A stretch of 64,000 nucleotides of DNA from NCBI GenBank assembly GCA_028289325.1, contig JANQQN010000055.1, forward strand, positions 8,452-72,451, written 5' to 3'. Below the pieces are notes generated by a model, which was not told the origin of the DNA, did not search any database, and worked only from the letters and a program-made list of their open reading frames with translations. The stretch comes from Myxococcota bacterium. Lineage in GTDB: Bacteria > Myxococcota > Kuafuiibacteriia > Kuafuiibacteriales > Kuafuiibacteriaceae. A program made the position numbers and the translations under genes. How positions within the stretch are numbered: position 1 is the first letter of the stretch; each line of letters opens with the position of its first letter. Below are positions 18,861 to 29,136 of this stretch, one piece after another.

Positions 18861-21278
18861 ATGGCCAAGCCCAATAAACGCAACGACCAGAAACTCCGCT
18901 CGGTCACGCTGCCGCACGGCATTCCGGAAGACGGGATCGGCGCCGTGCGCCGCCAGATTCCCGCCGACGAGCCTCCGCCCTGGCCGGTGAACGCCGAGCT
19001 GGCCGTGGTCGGAAAGCCGACGCCCCGTCTGGACGGAGAGCTCAAGGTCACCGGCGGCGCTCGCTACACCGCGGACATTCAGCTTCCCGGCATGCTGTAC
19101 GCGCGGCGCATCGTGTCGCCCCACCCTCACGCCCGCATACGCTCGGTCGACACCACCGAGTGCGAAAAGCATTCTGGCGTCAAGGCCGTTCACATCATGA
19201 AGCGTGAGCTGAAGACGGCGAAGCTCGAGGATGCGAGTAAGGAGCTGAAAAGCGACTTTCCGATTGTTCGTTACGCCGGGCAGCCGATCGGAGCCGTGGC
19301 CGCCGTCAGCCAGGCCGCCGCCGACGAGGCGGCCGCGCTCGTGAAGGTCGAATACGAGATCCTCCCGTTCGTGGTGGACATGGAAGTCGCCGAGAAACCC
19401 GGTGCGCCAAGCGTGTATCCGGCGCCCGCGAGCCAGGCGGGCACCGCCGGCGGCGGTGGCGGCCCGAGCGGTATTCCGCTGAACGGAAACGTCCGCGGTC
19501 CAGTGAGAAATCGGCGGAACCAAGGCACGCCGGAAGGAGACGTCAAGCAAGGTTTCGCCGATGCCGACGTGGTCGTAGAGGCCGAGTTCCGGACTCAGGT
19601 GCAGACCCACAGCCCCATGGAGACCCACGGTGTCGTGGCCGATTACAAGCCCGACGGACTGACGGTCTACGCATCCACGCAAGGCACCAAGTCCGTGCGC
19701 AAGGAGATCGCCGACCTGTTCGAGCTCCCGTTGAGCAAGATTCGCGTCGTCACCGAATTCATGGGGGGCGGCTTCGGCGCCAAATTCGGCATCGGCAACT
19801 ACGGGATGCTCGCCGTGCACCTATCCAAGAAGACCGGCGCCCCGGTGCGGTTGATGCTCGATCGAAAAGAAGAGCACCTTTCGGTGGGCAATCGACCGAG
19901 CTCCCGACAGAAGCTCAAGATCGGCGCCAAAAAGGACGGGACCCTCACCGCGGTGGCCCTGGACTCCGTGGGCACCGCCGGCACCGGTACCGGGTCGGGG
20001 ACCGGCGCGCCGGCGTTCTTGATGTACAAGTGCGTGAACACCGAAATCTCCGAGGCCGACGTGTTCATCAACGCGGGACCCGCCGCTGCCTTCCGCGCCC
20101 CTGGCCATCCCCAGGGATGCTTTGCGCTGGAGCAGGTGATCGACGAGATCGCCGAAAAACTCGGCATGGATCCGCTGGCGCTCCGAGACAAGATCGACGT
20201 CGACGAGAAGACGACCATCGACAGCCAAGCACGCCGGGTAGAGCGCAAGCTGGGCGCCGACATGTTCGGATGGAGCAAGCGTCGGCCTCCTGCCAGCGAC
20301 ACCGGCCCCATCAAGCGAGGCGTCGGCATGGCGCAGGCCATCTGGTACCGCTTCGTAGACCTCGACTCGGGATGCACTCTCCGGCTCGGCCAGGACGGCT
20401 CGGTGGAGCTAATGTCGGCGGTGCAAGACATCGGCACGGGGATCCGTACCGCCCTTGGCCAGGTCGCGGCCGAGGAGCTCGGCCTTCGGCCCGAAGACGT
20501 CGCCGTGCGAATCGGCGACACGGCGTTCCCCAACGGCCCCAACTCCGGGGGAAGTCAAACCACCGGCGGTCTCACCCCTGCCGTCCGCGACGCGGCTCAT
20601 CAAATCAAGAACAAGCTGATCGACGCGGTCGCCAATGCGACCGACGCCGAAGCCAAAGACCTCACCGTCACCGAAGGGCGCGTTCGCTCCCAAGACGGGA
20701 AGATCGACCTGCCGTTCCGAAACGCCTGCAAGGCACTACCCACCGAGTTCGTCGAGGTCACGGCGACCCGAAAGCCCGACTACGGCGGGTTCGAGCGTGA
20801 TTTCGGCGGTCGTGGGGGCCTCGGCGTCGGCGGGATGGGGGGCGTTCAGTTCGTGGAGGTCGAAGTCGACACGGAGACCGGCATCATCAACGTCGAGCGG
20901 ATCGTCGCCGTCCATGACTGCGGACGACCGATCAACCCTCTCGGGGTCGAAAGTCAGATTCAGGGCGGCATCCTGCAAGGGATCAGCTACGCGTTATTCG
21001 AGAACCGCATCCTGGATTCGCAGTCCGGCCACATGGTGAATCCGACCCTGGACACCTACAAGATCCTCGGCTCGCGCGAGACGCCCCAGATCAATGTGCG
21101 GATCATCGAGCAGTACCACGGCCGCAGCAACACCGACGCCGGTGGAATCGGCGAGCCGGCTACGGTGCCCACGGCAGCGGCGATCGCCAACGCCTTCTAC
21201 AACGCGACCGGCAAACGGGTCCGTGAGCTGCCGATGACGCCGGACGTCGTCCTCAACGCTCTCGGCGTGCTGGGCTGA
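18861..21278 (+). CDS. Xanthine dehydrogenase-family molybdopterin-binding subunit (PaoC/YagR-like)
   Basis: KVTGGARY, MGGGFGAK, FRAPG, DIGTG, HDCGRPINP, GGIGEP motifs; GGAGG RBS. Confidence 0.95.
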   Translation: MAKPNKRNDQKLRSVTLPHGIPEDGIGAVRRQIPADEPPPWPVNAELAVVGKPTPRLDGELKVTGGARYTADIQLPGMLYARRIVSPHPHARIRSVDTTECEKHSGVKAVHIMKRELKTAKLEDASKELKSDFPIVRYAGQPIGAVAAVSQAAADEAAALVKVEYEILPFVVDMEVAEKPGAPSVYPAPASQAGTAGGGGGPSGIPLNGNVRGPVRNRRNQGTPEGDVKQGFADADVVVEAEFRTQVQTHSPMETHGVVADYKPDGLTVYASTQGTKSVRKEIADLFELPLSKIRVVTEFMGGGFGAKFGIGNYGMLAVHLSKKTGAPVRLMLDRKEEHLSVGNRPSSRQKLKIGAKKDGTLTAVALDSVGTAGTGTGSGTGAPAFLMYKCVNTEISEADVFINAGPAAAFRAPGHPQGCFALEQVIDEIAEKLGMDPLALRDKIDVDEKTTIDSQARRVERKLGADMFGWSKRRPPASDTGPIKRGVGMAQAIWYRFVDLDSGCTLRLGQDGSVELMSAVQDIGTGIRTALGQVAAEELGLRPEDVAVRIGDTAFPNGPNSGGSQTTGGLTPAVRDAAHQIKNKLIDAVANATDAEAKDLTVTEGRVRSQDGKIDLPFRNACKALPTEFVEVTATRKPDYGGFERDFGGRGGLGVGGMGGVQFVEVEVDTETGIINVERIVAVHDCGRPINPLGVESQIQGGILQGISYALFENRILDSQSGHMVNPTLDTYKILGSRETPQINVRIIEQYHGRSNTDAGGIGEPATVPTAAAIANAFYNATGKRVRELPMTPDVVLNALGVLG

Positions 21279-21308
21279 GGCCGGACGAAGGCCTGGAGAT
21301 CAACGACG

Positions 21309-22289
21309 ATGAAATCGATGAACGCTTTCGCCTGGACCGAAGCCCCCTCCGTGGATGCAGCCCTGGCCCAGCTGGATGGCCGCGCGGTTGTCAAGGCGGG
21401 AGGATTGGACCTCCTCGACCTCATGAAGGAAGGCATCGTAGCCCCTGACCGCCTGGTCAATATCAGAAACATCAAAGGCCTCTCGCAGATCGAAGACGAC
21501 GATCGAGGCGGGCTGCGTCTGGGTGCGCTGGTTACCCTCGCTGAACTGGACGCCCATCCCGCCGTGCGAGAGCGTTACGGCGTGCTGGCCGACGCCGCCG
21601 GTCACGCCGCCACCCCCAACATCCGCAACACGGCTTCACTGGGCGGTAATCTGCTCCAGCGCCCGCGCTGCTGGTACTTCAGGTCCGCCGACTTCAACTG
21701 CAAGAAGAAGGGCGGCGTGAAATGCTTCGCGATGGAAGGCGAAAACCAGTTCCACGCCATCTTCGACAACCGTACCTGCGCGATGGTGCATCCGTCGTCC
21801 ACCGCCACCGCGCTCTTGGCGCTGAACGCTTCGGTGGTCCTCAAGAGCGCCAAGACCGAACGGACCCTGCCCCTCGCCGAGTTCTTCGCCCGCCCCGAGC
21901 AGAATCTCGAGCAAGAGACGGTGATCGGCGCCGACGAGATCCTCACTGAGGTTCGTATCCCTGCGCTCAGCAATAAGACGAAACAGGCCTTCATCAAACA
22001 AGGACACCGCGAGTCGTACGACTGGCCGCTGGCCAGCGTGGCCGCCGTGCTGGAGATCGACGGCGGCGTCTGCAAGAAGGCGTCGATCGTGCTCGGCGCC
22101 GCGGCCGCAGTCCCCTATCGGACCGAAGCCGCGGAAAGAGCGCTGGTGGGCGTCCCCATCGACGAACAGACCGCCCGCCGCGCGGCGAGCGAAGCCTTAA
22201 CAAAGGCGACCCCGCTCGCACACAACGCGTACAAGGTCCCGCTGTTCGAGACCGTCATCCGTCGGGCCCTTCTGAAGGCCGCCGCTTGA
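21309..22289 (+). CDS. Xanthine dehydrogenase-family FAD subunit with [4Fe-4S] insertion (PaoB/YagS-like)
   Basis: AGGLDLLDLMK, IRNTASLGGNLLQRPRCWYFR..C..KGG..C...CAMVHPS, NAYKV. Confidence 0.95.
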   Translation: MKSMNAFAWTEAPSVDAALAQLDGRAVVKAGGLDLLDLMKEGIVAPDRLVNIRNIKGLSQIEDDDRGGLRLGALVTLAELDAHPAVRERYGVLADAAGHAATPNIRNTASLGGNLLQRPRCWYFRSADFNCKKKGGVKCFAMEGENQFHAIFDNRTCAMVHPSSTATALLALNASVVLKSAKTERTLPLAEFFARPEQNLEQETVIGADEILTEVRIPALSNKTKQAFIKQGHRESYDWPLASVAAVLEIDGGVCKKASIVLGAAAAVPYRTEAAERALVGVPIDEQTARRAASEALTKATPLAHNAYKVPLFETVIRRALLKAAA

Positions 22290-22299
22290 AGGAAAAGAA

Positions 22300-22527
22300 A
22301 TGAATAAGCCCTTGTCGATCCTCGACGAGCCAACGCTCTGCCGTTACCTCCAAACCAAACCGGTCTTCGGACTCGAAGAGCAAGCAGGACTGCCGTGGGG
22401 CGAAGGAGCAGCCACCAACCAGAGCTTTCGGTGCCTACAGACCACCGAGGCCGCCGGACCCGATGAGCAGCTCGCTCACCCCGAGTCTTGTCGATCCGCC
22501 CGCGCCTGCTTCACGAAGAAACGGTAA
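22300..22527 (+). CDS. Small Cys-containing protein at the end of the molybdoenzyme operon
   Basis: 75 aa, AAGGA RBS, 10 bp after the FAD subunit; four Cys (CRYL, CLQT, ESC, ACF) around a GPD motif. Confidence 0.7.
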   Translation: MNKPLSILDEPTLCRYLQTKPVFGLEEQAGLPWGEGAATNQSFRCLQTTEAAGPDEQLAHPESCRSARACFTKKR

Positions 22528-22558
22528 CCAGGCGGCGACAAAGACTCAGCGCGCTCGT

Positions 22559-24235
22559 TCACCGCCGCTGAACCTGCAGCGGCACCGGCTGACTCACCCA
22601 TCGCCCCGCCACGACCCGGGCCTCGCGTTTGTTGACCAGCGCGACGGGGATCTCGACCTCCACCGAGAACTTGCTGATGCGACGGCCGGTCGACCGATCC
22701 TCACGAACCATGGCCGGTCGCCAACGCCCCGCCGGAAGCTCCTGATCGTCCAACAGCAGCTTGAACTCGGGCGTGGGCGCTGTGCCTTTGAGCGAGCTCA
22801 CCAGCACGAACTCGACGGCGACGATATGTCGGGCGGGCCGAGAGCGCCTGAATCGGGTATACGGCGGCTGTTCGACCCTTCGAGTGGCCTTGCGCAAAGT
22901 GATGCCCTCCCCGTCCGGATCTTGCGGCGCCGCCGGAACGCCCGCGGACGGGCCCGACCGGCCTCGCCCTCGCTTCGAGGGGGGCGGCGGGCGGCCACCG
23001 ATGGGGACCGCCGTCCGCGCTCGGACCAACATGGCGTCGAAGCCGGGCGGGAAGTGGCGATTCGACTCGGGGCTGACGTCTTTCAGGATCGCGAAGTTGC
23101 CGAACAGCGCATACTCGATGGGCAGCGCAAAGGCGATGCCTTCGGCCTGCATGATCTTCGCCGTTACCACCCCAACGACTCGGCCGTCACGGCTCACCAT
23201 CGGCCCGCCACTGTTGCCAGGATTCACGGCGAGATCCGTCTGCAGGTACATCGTCTTATGGAACATCCGCCCGCCGTGACTGAGAATGCCCCGGGTCAAC
23301 GTGAGATCGAGACCGCCGGGGGAGCCGACGGCTGAAACTTCGTCGCCCACCACCAGGTCACTCGCCCGCCCCAGGGGCAAAACCGGGCGGCTGCAGACAT
23401 GGCTGGGTCCACACTCAATGAGCGCCAGGTCGAGGTCCACGCCCTGCCGAATGACCTTTCCTTCCGCCCTCTGGCCTTGAAAGACCAAAGTCACCCTTCG
23501 CTCGGTCGCGACATGGCGGTTGGTCAGAAAGAGTCCGGGTCGAATCACGGCGAAGGCGGTGCCTGCCCCTCCGGACGGGGACTGCACCATCACCACCGAG
23601 TCGATCAAGCTTGCGGCGCTCCGCGGCGGCGCTTGCTCGATGGGGGGAGGAGGCGGCGGAGTCACGTCGCGGTCCGAGATGTCCGACGACAGTCGGACCG
23701 CGGTCAGCTGCGGCGTCATTCGTCGCAGAAGCAGATCCGCCCCCACGACGAATGCGATCACTAGCGCGAGCGAGAGCGCCAGTAACGTCATCGCGGTACG
23801 CACCGCCGACGACCGGCCGCGCCCGGGGCTCCGGGGCGCGGCCACCGAACGACGTGCCCCGTTTGGGCGACGATCTCGAGGGGAGGCCACAGATCGCGGT
23901 GAGGCCGGGGTCGACGCCGACTCGACCATCGCGGACACACCGTGTTGATCGAGGAACGTCTTGACCTCGCGAAGCCTGACCAGCGGCATCTGTTTGGCCA
24001 CGTACGCTGGGCCGCGTCGGAGCGCGTCGGCGAATTCGCCCGCCCCCGTCGGCAACGGCAGTCCCGCGTTGTGAAGGAGCATCCCGATCGCATCGGCGTG
24101 CTCCGGTGCGGCGCTGACGGCAAGGTGCCCGAGCAGCGCCTGGCCGCACGATGGGCAAGCGATCATCGAAGCGGTGGTGGGCGCTCCGCAGCTCGGACAA
24201 ACGGAATTGTCGCTCACGGACGTCAAGGGTGACAC
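22559..24235 (-). CDS. Membrane-anchored trypsin-like (S1C) serine protease with N-terminal zinc ribbon, no PDZ
   Basis: CPSC..CPSC; TM helix; LTNRHV, DLALI, NPGNSGGP catalytic triad motifs. Confidence 0.9.
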   Translation of the reverse strand: MSPLTSVSDNSVCPSCGAPTTASMIACPSCGQALLGHLAVSAAPEHADAIGMLLHNAGLPLPTGAGEFADALRRGPAYVAKQMPLVRLREVKTFLDQHGVSAMVESASTPASPRSVASPRDRRPNGARRSVAAPRSPGRGRSSAVRTAMTLLALSLALVIAFVVGADLLLRRMTPQLTAVRLSSDISDRDVTPPPPPPIEQAPPRSAASLIDSVVMVQSPSGGAGTAFAVIRPGLFLTNRHVATERRVTLVFQGQRAEGKVIRQGVDLDLALIECGPSHVCSRPVLPLGRASDLVVGDEVSAVGSPGGLDLTLTRGILSHGGRMFHKTMYLQTDLAVNPGNSGGPMVSRDGRVVGVVTAKIMQAEGIAFALPIEYALFGNFAILKDVSPESNRHFPPGFDAMLVRARTAVPIGGRPPPPSKRGRGRSGPSAGVPAAPQDPDGEGITLRKATRRVEQPPYTRFRRSRPARHIVAVEFVLVSSLKGTAPTPEFKLLLDDQELPAGRWRPAMVREDRSTGRRISKFSVEVEIPVALVNKREARVVAGRWVSQPVPLQVQRR

Positions 24236-24337
24236 AGGGGTTCCCGCGCATCAACGGCAACCCGTTTGCAGCGCCAGGACCAGACCGCCCCGCTTCAGCC
24301 CCGGCAGGGCGACACACGCCCACGGTCGCGGCCCGTT

Positions 24338-26566
24338 CTACAGCGCGACTCGCCCCAGCCACGTCAACAGGCCATCGAAACGGTTCACGCTGATCGCTAC
24401 GTACGAAAACGGCCGGCGAAGATCCAGGTCATCCAACACCTGGGTTCGCCGTCCGAAGGACACCTCGAGCCACCCCCCGACCACGCGTACGTAGCCCTCA
24501 ATGCCCAGTCTGAACGGATTGTCTTGCGGGATCATCTCGGGATGGGAAAACACCAGGGTCCCGAAGCCACGCACGCCGATCTCGCCATTCAGGACTCGAC
24601 CGGCGAACCCTGGCAATTCGTATTGCAGTCCGAGCCCCAGCGATGGCCCCCATTGGATATCGTCATCGTCACGGTTCTGCCTACGCCACGTGAAAATGGA
24701 ACCCACGTAGAAGTGTAGCCACAACGGCTCGAGGGTCTCATCGGTCATCAAGCGCTCGCTGCCCGTCAGCAAACGCCATCTCACCTGCGACTCGCCGCGG
24801 ATGCTCCATCCGAACGATTCCGGGAGAATCAGAAGCGGCGCTTGAATCAACTTCGTCACCGGCGCGTGTCTCGAGCCAATGCTCCACCCTCGAGGCTGAT
24901 GGCGCTCCATCGACATCAGCAGGCTCATGCCGTCCAACGCCGCCTCTACCGTGCTGTCGTCGCCGAAGACCTCCGTCGCACGGGCCAATAGTCGAAGTCG
25001 CTCGCGGTGCCACCAATCGCGAAAGTCAGCGATCGCCGGCTCCCAGTCGTGATCCAGTTGATTCAGCTCGTCGGACAGAACCTTTACCCGTGTCAGCTCA
25101 TCAAAGAGCGGATCACGAGCCGCCTCCTCGAGCGCTCGATGCACTCTCGCCGGCCACATGTACCCCGCCGCCCGTATAAAGGCGAGCTGAAGTGTATACT
25201 CAGACGAAGCGCGGCACGTGCGATCGTCTGCGGCCACTCGCGCCAACACCAGCTCGATGTATAAACCGACCAGCTCCGGAGTATGCTCCGCGCCGAGCGT
25301 CTTGAGCAGGCCGTCCATCTTCTTGACCCGGTCTCGACACGTCTCGCCTTCTTTGGCGTCGCTCGCCGCCTTCCATTCCACCCAGGACAGAATGCCTCGG
25401 AAGAAATCATACTTACGCAAGCGTTCGCTCATGAACGCGCCGAAGTTGAAGAGCCGATCTCCGGCAATCAATCGCGGACGCGGAATCGATGTCAGAGGCA
25501 CGGGCCCTTCGCGCTCACCTTTCCTCAAGGCGATCCGGCCGTTTCGTTCGAGCGTCTGAAGCTCGGCATCTCTCGCGATGTTCAACAGCTCTGGGATCAA
25601 GGCGCCGTAAAAACGCGTACCGATCGCTCGTTCGAGCGCCCACTCACTCGATTCTGCCCTAGACCGCAGCGACACGGGCACGATCAGCGCCTCGCCGGCC
25701 TCTTTGCCTGTCCCTCGCCCAAGGAGAAACAAGGCGCCGGACACGGGAACCTGATCGAAGAGCCCACCGTCCGAAAGCCGCTCGGTGCGCAAGCTCTGTC
25801 CGGCAGGACAGCCACGAACGGGCGCGGATGACTCCGTGTCGGCGTAACAGACCTGGACCCGCTGCGGATCCATCAAGTGGGGCGCCGACGCGCTCGCTGC
25901 CACGAGGGTTAGGACATCGGAGAACGATATCTCGGGCGCACCTTCTTCGAGAAGACGAGAAATAGGATATCGCAAGACCGGAATATGCTGTTCATTACGC
26001 TCATCCTTGGGATACATCGAGTAGAAGCGGACCCCCTCCTCCTGTACTTCCATTCTGATGTACGCCGCGCGTCGATAAGTTGAAATCCTATCCGCCCCCA
26101 AGTTGTAGGTATGCGGAGTATCAGACAGCAACGAAATCGCTATCCACGCCGTGCATCCCCGTACGAACCCCTTCCCCTCTCTCACCAACGTCATCAGCTC
26201 ATCGACGCTGGCTCTGACCGGCTCGAAGCTCATCAATGAGCTGCCTTCGTCGGGAAAGGTATCTCTCCATTGAAAACCTGCCCATGCCTTCCACAAGCGG
26301 CTGTCAAGGGGGCTCTTCGCCGTCGGTGGCGGTTCCAGGCACGACTCGATGGCCCCCAAGAGGCCATTGAGCGCGCCCGACGACACCGTCGACACGCGAA
26401 GAAAGCGCTCTTTGGACGCGACGATATCTCCATGAACGTGAGCGTAGGTCACCCCGGCTTGATAGGCCCCTCGCGACACACCAGCCCCGATCACCAAGAC
26501 TTCCGGCGCCTGCGCGGTCGTACTCGTCAGACTGGCCAAAGCCACGGCCACCACGGCGCTCGTCAC
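24338..26566 (-). CDS. Secreted patatin-like phospholipase (variant nucleophile motif) with beta-rich C-terminus
   Basis: GTG 26566 overlaps the upstream TGA; signal peptide ending AQA; GAGVSRGAYQAG, TVSSG, DGGLFDQVP. Confidence 0.8.
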   Translation of the reverse strand: MTSAVVAVALASLTSTTAQAPEVLVIGAGVSRGAYQAGVTYAHVHGDIVASKERFLRVSTVSSGALNGLLGAIESCLEPPPTAKSPLDSRLWKAWAGFQWRDTFPDEGSSLMSFEPVRASVDELMTLVREGKGFVRGCTAWIAISLLSDTPHTYNLGADRISTYRRAAYIRMEVQEEGVRFYSMYPKDERNEQHIPVLRYPISRLLEEGAPEISFSDVLTLVAASASAPHLMDPQRVQVCYADTESSAPVRGCPAGQSLRTERLSDGGLFDQVPVSGALFLLGRGTGKEAGEALIVPVSLRSRAESSEWALERAIGTRFYGALIPELLNIARDAELQTLERNGRIALRKGEREGPVPLTSIPRPRLIAGDRLFNFGAFMSERLRKYDFFRGILSWVEWKAASDAKEGETCRDRVKKMDGLLKTLGAEHTPELVGLYIELVLARVAADDRTCRASSEYTLQLAFIRAAGYMWPARVHRALEEAARDPLFDELTRVKVLSDELNQLDHDWEPAIADFRDWWHRERLRLLARATEVFGDDSTVEAALDGMSLLMSMERHQPRGWSIGSRHAPVTKLIQAPLLILPESFGWSIRGESQVRWRLLTGSERLMTDETLEPLWLHFYVGSIFTWRRQNRDDDDIQWGPSLGLGLQYELPGFAGRVLNGEIGVRGFGTLVFSHPEMIPQDNPFRLGIEGYVRVVGGWLEVSFGRRTQVLDDLDLRRPFSYVAISVNRFDGLLTWLGRVAL

Positions 26567-29136
26567 AACGGGCCCCCGAACATGTATCGACTGACCCCGA
26601 GCCAAATCCCCGGAATGTTGGTGATGCCGAGCATCAGGTAGATGCTGTCCGTGCGCTCGATACCGGGCCTCGGGACAATCAGATCCCGATACCCGCCGCT
26701 TATGCGAAGAATGCCGAGCGTTTCAAAGCTCAGGTCCGCGCCGACCGGTCCGGTGTCACCCTCGAAGTTTGGTTCCCAGATCGCGTTCGCTTCGATCCGC
26801 TGCAGAAACAGACTACCGGGCGCGAACCCCAGCCCTGCCCGCACTCGGGCCGCGGTCCGCCGATCGAGTTCATCTTCGCGGCGAACGGTCAGCCCCAGCC
26901 CTACCGGGACGACAACGCCCGAGTCGCTCTGTATCCCAAGCTCCCACTCCAGCAGCGGGCCGCCATAGGTCATATCCCAAGCAAAGGTCTGCGGTAGGAG
27001 CAGAAAACTCTTGGACCAAAAGCCGCCGGGTGACTCGGTGACGAGCTTTGAGCCGAAGTACGGCCCGCTTCGCTTCGCAAGAAGGAGGGCAACCGCGGGC
27101 TCGATGGCCCCGAAGACCTTGGTGGCGGAAATGCCGGCCTGACGATGGGCGGACTCCAGACCCGCGTCTGCGGCCCCTTGGTCGTCGTCGAGCTCATTCT
27201 CGAGCAGCCGCCGCACGATATCCCTAATAGCGGCGTGTTGGAACTCGACCCAGGTCACCGCGCCCAGCTCGGACCCGACCGCGGTCTTTTTCAACCGATC
27301 GATGATCCGTGGCACGGCCGCATCGAAGCACACCTCGCTCTCATCCCGGGTGCCACACTTCTTCTCGAGCGAATCGACGTCCTGCTCGCCGGCCAGCGGC
27401 TGCAGGGCCAGGTGTAGAGCGAGGGTTCGGGGAAGCTCCGATCGCTGCCAGGACTTCAGATCATCATCAGGGCTGTAGCAATGAAGAAGGGGGCCGGGTT
27501 CGGGAGCCGAACGCTTCAAGCCGATCGCCTCACAGGCGTCGTGACCTCGGACCCTCTGCACTTCGGCAAGCTCACGATCCCTGAGAAAGTCGATGAACCG
27601 GCGTGGGCTGAGATCTGGATAGATCTCGTCCCATACTTTTGGAACGACGAGGTCTGCCAGCGATGCGAAGTCGTTGACGAACTTGTCAGGATCCTTCTCC
27701 GAGCCCGTCGACGTGGTGGTCAGCGCTCTCAGCCCATCGTATACGCCGGTCAGGTAGTCGGTGATTCGTAGATCGCGATGAAAGAACGCCCCGAATGCGA
27801 GGTATGCGTCGCCGTATAGCTCAAAGTACCGGCTCGTCATGTGGAGGCGAGACTTGGAGGCGTCGTTGGCCGAGCCGTCGTATAAGCCCAGGTCCTCGGT
27901 GCGAAAGCGGGCGAGTCCCTGCAGCTCGTAGTTGCGAGCTTCATCGACCAGCTTGCCAATGACCGCCGCCAGTCCACCGGTCCGAGACGGCGTTCTTGTG
28001 TCCGCGGGGGCGGTCGGTCGCCTGACGAGCTCAGGATTGACAAAAACAATTTGGTTTAACTTTAGCCTGTCTTTCGATCTTGGCGAGAGAGGACCCGCAC
28101 CATCCTCGTCTCTACAACCGCCGGCGTTCCGCTGAAAGCGGGCCTTCTGTAGCTCCAGCGCCCGGCCGATGGGAATGTTGTCGAAGAACCCGCCGTCGAT
28201 GAATTGGTCATCAGGGTCATTGAGCGGGATCGGCGCAAAGGCGATGGGAAACGCCGACGACGCCAGCGCAATATCCGTCACCTCCTTACCCGACATCGTC
28301 TTGCCGGGTGACGTCGATACGATGAACCGCGAGTCGAGACACTGCTGCAGGTTGGCAGCGAGGCGCGTCGTCGAGAGCGCACACGGCTCCTGCTGACACG
28401 ACGACGTCGAGAAGGTCATGGGGGCCATGAAGTTCATCCGGCGGACGTCAAAGCCCGGCCGGATCCGGGTCGACTTCGTGTGGGTCACCGTAATGGCAAT
28501 GTCGACGTTGCAGCCCTTTCGATAGCGCTTCTCCTTGAGCCGCGCACACACTTCCGCGAGCATCGGATTGTAGGCCCGCCGAATGGCCGCCCCTTCCCGC
28601 GAATCGGGCTCCCGCGTGCACGGAAGCTGGGCCCCCCTCGAGAGCGCCAGCGCGGTCTTCACGTAATCCGAGCTCCCGATATGGTCCCGATAGCGCCGAA
28701 TGTAGCGATCGTTGGGCTTGTCGTCGTCACTCGGGAAAAGCGTATCCCAGCCGATGTTCACCCACGTATCGAAGAAGAGATTGGAGAACAGCGCGACCCG
28801 CCCTTCCTCGAGCTCGCAGTCGCTCAAGGTCGCGAGGATGGTGTTGACGTTGCCTGCCGAAGCCCCCGTCGCGGTATCGAAGGGCGGCTTGAACCAGCTC
28901 GGGGCCGTCTTCTCGACGGTCTTGTACTGCCGCTGGAAACGCTTAGCTTTGATCAGCGCGAACGAGACACCCGCCTGATATGCGCCGAGGCTTAGCCCCC
29001 CTTTGACGACGAGGGCCAAAGAGTCGGATTCAGCACCATAAGCCGGTGAGACGAGACCCACGGCAATAGTCGCGACCGTCACCATCCTCGCGCGCATCCG
29101 CCGCGATGGGTCAAAAAGCATGACCGAGAACCTCAT
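26563..29136 (-). CDS. Secreted patatin-like phospholipase with beta-rich C-terminus
   Basis: Signal peptide; GGLSLGAYQAG, GASAG, ASSAFP, DGGFFDNIP. Confidence 0.9.
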   Translation of the reverse strand: MRFSVMLFDPSRRMRARMVTVATIAVGLVSPAYGAESDSLALVVKGGLSLGAYQAGVSFALIKAKRFQRQYKTVEKTAPSWFKPPFDTATGASAGNVNTILATLSDCELEEGRVALFSNLFFDTWVNIGWDTLFPSDDDKPNDRYIRRYRDHIGSSDYVKTALALSRGAQLPCTREPDSREGAAIRRAYNPMLAEVCARLKEKRYRKGCNVDIAITVTHTKSTRIRPGFDVRRMNFMAPMTFSTSSCQQEPCALSTTRLAANLQQCLDSRFIVSTSPGKTMSGKEVTDIALASSAFPIAFAPIPLNDPDDQFIDGGFFDNIPIGRALELQKARFQRNAGGCRDEDGAGPLSPRSKDRLKLNQIVFVNPELVRRPTAPADTRTPSRTGGLAAVIGKLVDEARNYELQGLARFRTEDLGLYDGSANDASKSRLHMTSRYFELYGDAYLAFGAFFHRDLRITDYLTGVYDGLRALTTTSTGSEKDPDKFVNDFASLADLVVPKVWDEIYPDLSPRRFIDFLRDRELAEVQRVRGHDACEAIGLKRSAPEPGPLLHCYSPDDDLKSWQRSELPRTLALHLALQPLAGEQDVDSLEKKCGTRDESEVCFDAAVPRIIDRLKKTAVGSELGAVTWVEFQHAAIRDIVRRLLENELDDDQGAADAGLESAHRQAGISATKVFGAIEPAVALLLAKRSGPYFGSKLVTESPGGFWSKSFLLLPQTFAWDMTYGGPLLEWELGIQSDSGVVVPVGLGLTVRREDELDRRTAARVRAGLGFAPGSLFLQRIEANAIWEPNFEGDTGPVGADLSFETLGILRISGGYRDLIVPRPGIERTDSIYLMLGITNIPGIWLGVSRYMFGGPL

